Shown here piece after piece: positions 44,305 to 46,949 of a DNA stretch of 46,949 bases. The position numbers were made by a program, and so were the translations under genes. The DNA is from Thermoplasmatota archaeon (GTDB taxonomy: Archaea > Thermoplasmatota > Penumbrarchaeia > Penumbrarchaeales > Penumbrarchaeaceae), in assembly GCA_048569615.1 (NCBI GenBank), contig JBLIRK010000024.1, positions 1 to 46,949 of the forward strand, read 5' to 3'. Under the pieces are notes generated by a model. The model was not told the DNA's origin and ran no database searches. It saw only the letters and a list, made by a program, of their open reading frames with translations. Positions within the stretch are counted from its first letter, which is position 1, and each line of letters starts with the position of its first letter.

Positions 44305-44866
44305 AGTGCGCCCCGCATCTGGGGCAGTGCTTCCATTCCTTTTCGGAGGGGAACTTGCACTTCGGGCAGAAGGGTTTCGCCTTCTTCTGCTCCATCTGGA
44401 TGTCTTTCTTGAGCTGGTTGATCATGTACTTCCTGTCGACGGAGCCCGGAAACATGTAGAGCATGAGTGCGAAGGCCGGTATGAAGGCGATGCCGACGGA
44501 GGACATCATCACGAAGTATCGCCAGCCGGGCTCGGTGTACTCGCCGCTCAGGAGATAGGGGAAGAAGGCATAGAAGATGCTGACGATGACCAGCGCCCAG
44601 AACCAGATCATGAGGAACGAGAAGAGGAAGCCCTTCTTCCGCGCCCTTGAAAGGAGCGAGGCAAGCGTCAGCCCGAGTGCGAACGAATAGTAGATACCCA
44701 GCATGATGAAGATGGCTGTCTTCATGGTCACGCTGTAATCCAGGGTGGCTGATGGTTCGTCGATATTGTAGTTCTTCATCAGAAGGAAAATTATCCCCAG
44801 CGTCAGGAGTAGTCCGAGATTGTAAAGGAACACCCCTGCCTTGTTCATTATGGCCATCTTTTCCAC
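44294..44866 (-). CDS. Membrane protein (5-6 TM helices) with a C-terminal cytoplasmic zinc ribbon
   Basis: Hydrophobic helices run throughout. The C-terminus CPKCKFPSEKEWKHCPRCGAHF is a CPxC...CPxC motif. Confidence 0.55.
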   Translation of the reverse strand: MEKMAIMNKAGVFLYNLGLLLTLGIIFLLMKNYNIDEPSATLDYSVTMKTAIFIMLGIYYSFALGLTLASLLSRARKKGFLFSFLMIWFWALVIVSIFYAFFPYLLSGEYTEPGWRYFVMMSSVGIAFIPAFALMLYMFPGSVDRKYMINQLKKDIQMEQKKAKPFCPKCKFPSEKEWKHCPRCGAHFAD

Positions 44867-44902
44867 CCTTTCATGGGGATAAACATTGATGGTTTTAATC
44901 TT

Positions 44903-45535
44903 TTACCTATCCGGGATTGAAACGATGCCCCAGCTGCCGTTCTGGATGCTTTCGGAAAGAGCTTCCGATAGTCCGGTCATATGCTGCTTGGTGCGGTCCA
45001 GAAGCACGTTCCCCCTGTCGACCCAGAAACGGATGCATTCTTCCATGACAACGTTCCTCAGCCCGTCCATCGGGACCTCCATTCTCTCAGTGCCCAGGAT
45101 CTCCACGACGGCTCCCCATTCGGCGGGCTCCCCGTCGGGACCGAGTTTCAGGGACCTGATGGTGGAGAACTTGAGGCCGCAGGCCTGGGAGATGTTCCTC
45201 AGATCCACTGCGGTCCCGATGTCCCTGCACCGGGCATGAATTAGCAGTGGTTGAACGAGAAGGTGAAGCTCCCCGCTGCCGCTCCATTTCTCGACCGCTT
45301 CCATCACTTCCTCCGTACTGACCTTTCTGTGCCATTTCCCGAGCACCCTCGATCCCTGCTTGTCTCCAGCCTCCGGGACCTCGATGACCTGGAACCTTCC
45401 GGAGCATGAAGATGTGGTAACGATGCTTTCAATTGAATTCAAAATAAAAAGGAGCGGCACCGCGTCCCCGTCCACGAGGTTCTGCGATACCGCTTCATCG
45501 AGCTTTGCCAGCACCCCTTGCTTGTAAGGGTCCAT
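44903..45535 (-). CDS. taw3: tRNA wybutosine-synthesizing protein 3 homolog (TYW3/Taw3-like methyltransferase)
   Basis: The TYW3-family signature is ...SIVTTSSCSGRFQVIE. The size, about 210 aa, fits. The start is placed at the ATG at 45535 (MDPYKQGV...). Confidence 0.7.
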   Translation of the reverse strand: MDPYKQGVLAKLDEAVSQNLVDGDAVPLLFILNSIESIVTTSSCSGRFQVIEVPEAGDKQGSRVLGKWHRKVSTEEVMEAVEKWSGSGELHLLVQPLLIHARCRDIGTAVDLRNISQACGLKFSTIRSLKLGPDGEPAEWGAVVEILGTERMEVPMDGLRNVVMEECIRFWVDRGNVLLDRTKQHMTGLSEALSESIQNGSWGIVSIPDR

Positions 45536-45557
45536 GACCCGTAAGCGCGGTGCTGTT

Positions 45558-46949
45558 TCAAATCTGCTTTGGTTCCTTGGTGTCGAAGGTCTCATCCTCC
45601 TTCTCCTCGGCCTCCCCTCCGCTCTTCTTCTGGTAGAGGAAGATCAGGATGCCGAGTATCGCGACCACTGCCAGGACGGCGATGATGATGATGATGAAGA
45701 GCATTCCGTTGTCATCATCTCCCTCGTCACCGCCTTCCACTTCCAGTGTCAGGGTGAAGGTCTCTATCTCGTTCCCGGCCGCATCCTTGAGGCCCGAGAG
45801 CTCGATTGTAATATCACCCGCGGCGGCCTGCTCGTCAAGGTCGATCATCACTGACTTCCCGTCCTCGGAGAGTGTAAAAACGACATCCCTCTCGCTTCCT
45901 CCCCAGATGACCTTCAGCATTCCTCCGTCCTTGGCGGCAAAGAAAGAGCTCTCTGAGATAACCTCGTTGAAGGAGATCTCGAGGGTCTCGTTCCATAGGA
46001 CCTTGTCCCCTTCCTGAAGCACATCGCCCTCCATGGTCCGGACCTCCCTGGGCTCGGGGGCTTTATCGTCCTTCTCAAGGGTGAGCTCTATGGGATACGA
46101 CAGGGTTCCTCCGTCGTGCTTGATCTTAAGCACAACGTTGTCCGTGGCATCCTCTGTTATCACTCCCGCCTGCACCTCGACCGTGATGCGTCCGCTGTAG
46201 AGCATGGAGGATGGTTTCAACGTTATATCGAGGCCCTCGATATCGTCCATTGAAAAGTACATCTTGGAACTGTACTGGACGTCCAGGTCAAGCGTCTTCT
46301 TCTCCTCCGAGCCTATGGTCATCGCGTCATCTCCGGTCACCACCGGTGCCGAAAGTGCGGCAGGCTCGAGCTGTGAAACTATGGTAACGTTCTTGGAATA
46401 CCCGACTATCGCGATCTCGACGCCGGCGTTGGGATGAACGTCGCCTATCCTTATCTCGTGGGACCTTGCAACATCCCGGAAGATATCCTTAACGGTCCAG
46501 GAGGAGCCGAAGCCGCCGGTTATCTGGACCAGACGGGTGGAGTATCCAAAGGCATAGAGCTCGCTTCCGTCGATGTTAGGGTCAACATCACCGACCCACA
46601 CGCCGCGGTTCTTGTCGGTGTCCTTGAAGATCTCCTCCGAGACCCAGTTGTTACCGCTCCTCTTGACGCCTATGATCCAGAAGGAGTCGGCTCCGGCATA
46701 GATCTCGAGTCCGGGAGCATTGGGATCAACATCCCCCACGCACAACCTCGCAAGAGGATGGGCGGGATTCGAATAGATGACCTCAGTGGTCCAACCGTCC
46801 TTCGTGCCATAGGCAAGGGTTATGTTGCCGGACCTGGAGCAGGCCACAAGCTCGTTCCCGGGGTGGTCCGGAAGTATATCCGCCACCACGGCCTTCCTGA
46901 CATCGCCCGAGTCCTTGAAGATAAGAGAGGACTTCCACTCGCCGCCCTC
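45558..46949 (-). CDS. Surface protein with FG-GAP/VCBS-like repeats, an Ig-like domain, a C-terminal TM anchor and a charged tail; the N-terminus lies beyond the window end
   Basis: The repeated motif DVDPN..G.E.Y..G appears in VGDVDPNAPGLEIYAGAD, VGDVDPNIDGSELYAFG and IGDVHPNAGVEIAIVGY. The C-terminal TM LFIIIIIAVLAVVAILGILIFLY is followed by QKKSGGEAEEKEDE. The reading frame stays open to the window edge (…DSGDVRKAVVADILPD). Confidence 0.65.
   Translation of the reverse strand, partial: EGGEWKSSLIFKDSGDVRKAVVADILPDHPGNELVACSRSGNITLAYGTKDGWTTEVIYSNPAHPLARLCVGDVDPNAPGLEIYAGADSFWIIGVKRSGNNWVSEEIFKDTDKNRGVWVGDVDPNIDGSELYAFGYSTRLVQITGGFGSSWTVKDIFRDVARSHEIRIGDVHPNAGVEIAIVGYSKNVTIVSQLEPAALSAPVVTGDDAMTIGSEEKKTLDLDVQYSSKMYFSMDDIEGLDITLKPSSMLYSGRITVEVQAGVITEDATDNVVLKIKHDGGTLSYPIELTLEKDDKAPEPREVRTMEGDVLQEGDKVLWNETLEISFNEVISESSFFAAKDGGMLKVIWGGSERDVVFTLSEDGKSVMIDLDEQAAAGDITIELSGLKDAAGNEIETFTLTLEVEGGDEGDDDNGMLFIIIIIAVLAVVAILGILIFLYQKKSGGEAEEKEDETFDTKEPKQI

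Noticed and set aside
1-46949. CRISPR arrays, transposases/integrases, rRNA and tRNA genes
   Set aside because: No regularly spaced direct repeats, no IS-like terminal inverted repeats with transposase ORFs, and no rRNA or tRNA-like segments were seen anywhere in the window.

Overview
This looks like an archaeal chromosomal segment of roughly 57-60% GC, with short AT-rich islands. I judge it archaeal from a group II chaperonin (thermosome) with a GGM-repeat tail, GatD, Dph6 and Taw3, plus TATA-like intergenic elements and GAGG-type ribosome-binding sites. The window is densely coding on both strands. Housekeeping genes (thermosome, gatD, kbl, an M29 aminopeptidase-dph6-MTA/SAH-deaminase operon, taw3, flotillin, DUF362 Fe-S protein, MgtE/SLC41-like and CPA2 transporters) alternate with secreted or surface proteins. 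The surface proteins include a roughly 1500-aa FG-GAP/Ig-like adhesin, beta-propeller proteins, a lipoprotein serpin, a GT39 glycosyltransferase and a GH26-like glycoside hydrolase. I did not see rRNA, tRNA, CRISPR arrays or transposases.

The three strongest candidates for undescribed systems are:
- A pair of membrane proteins with extracellular bacterial-type TSP3 calcium-binding repeats, one fused through a transmembrane helix to two cytoplasmic winged-helix DNA-binding domains. They sit between the giant adhesin and two tandem CPA2 cation/proton antiporter paralogs.
- A tightly coupled five-gene operon of small coiled-coil, TM-coiled-coil, CDC48-N-like and PRC-barrel proteins.
- A patatin phospholipase with a small basic partner ORF.

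Many long ORFs in the supplied track are antisense shadows of real genes in high-GC DNA, or N-terminal extensions read through promoters. The track reports TTG and GTG start codons as M, so several starts were re-placed at in-frame ATGs that have an upstream ribosome-binding site.
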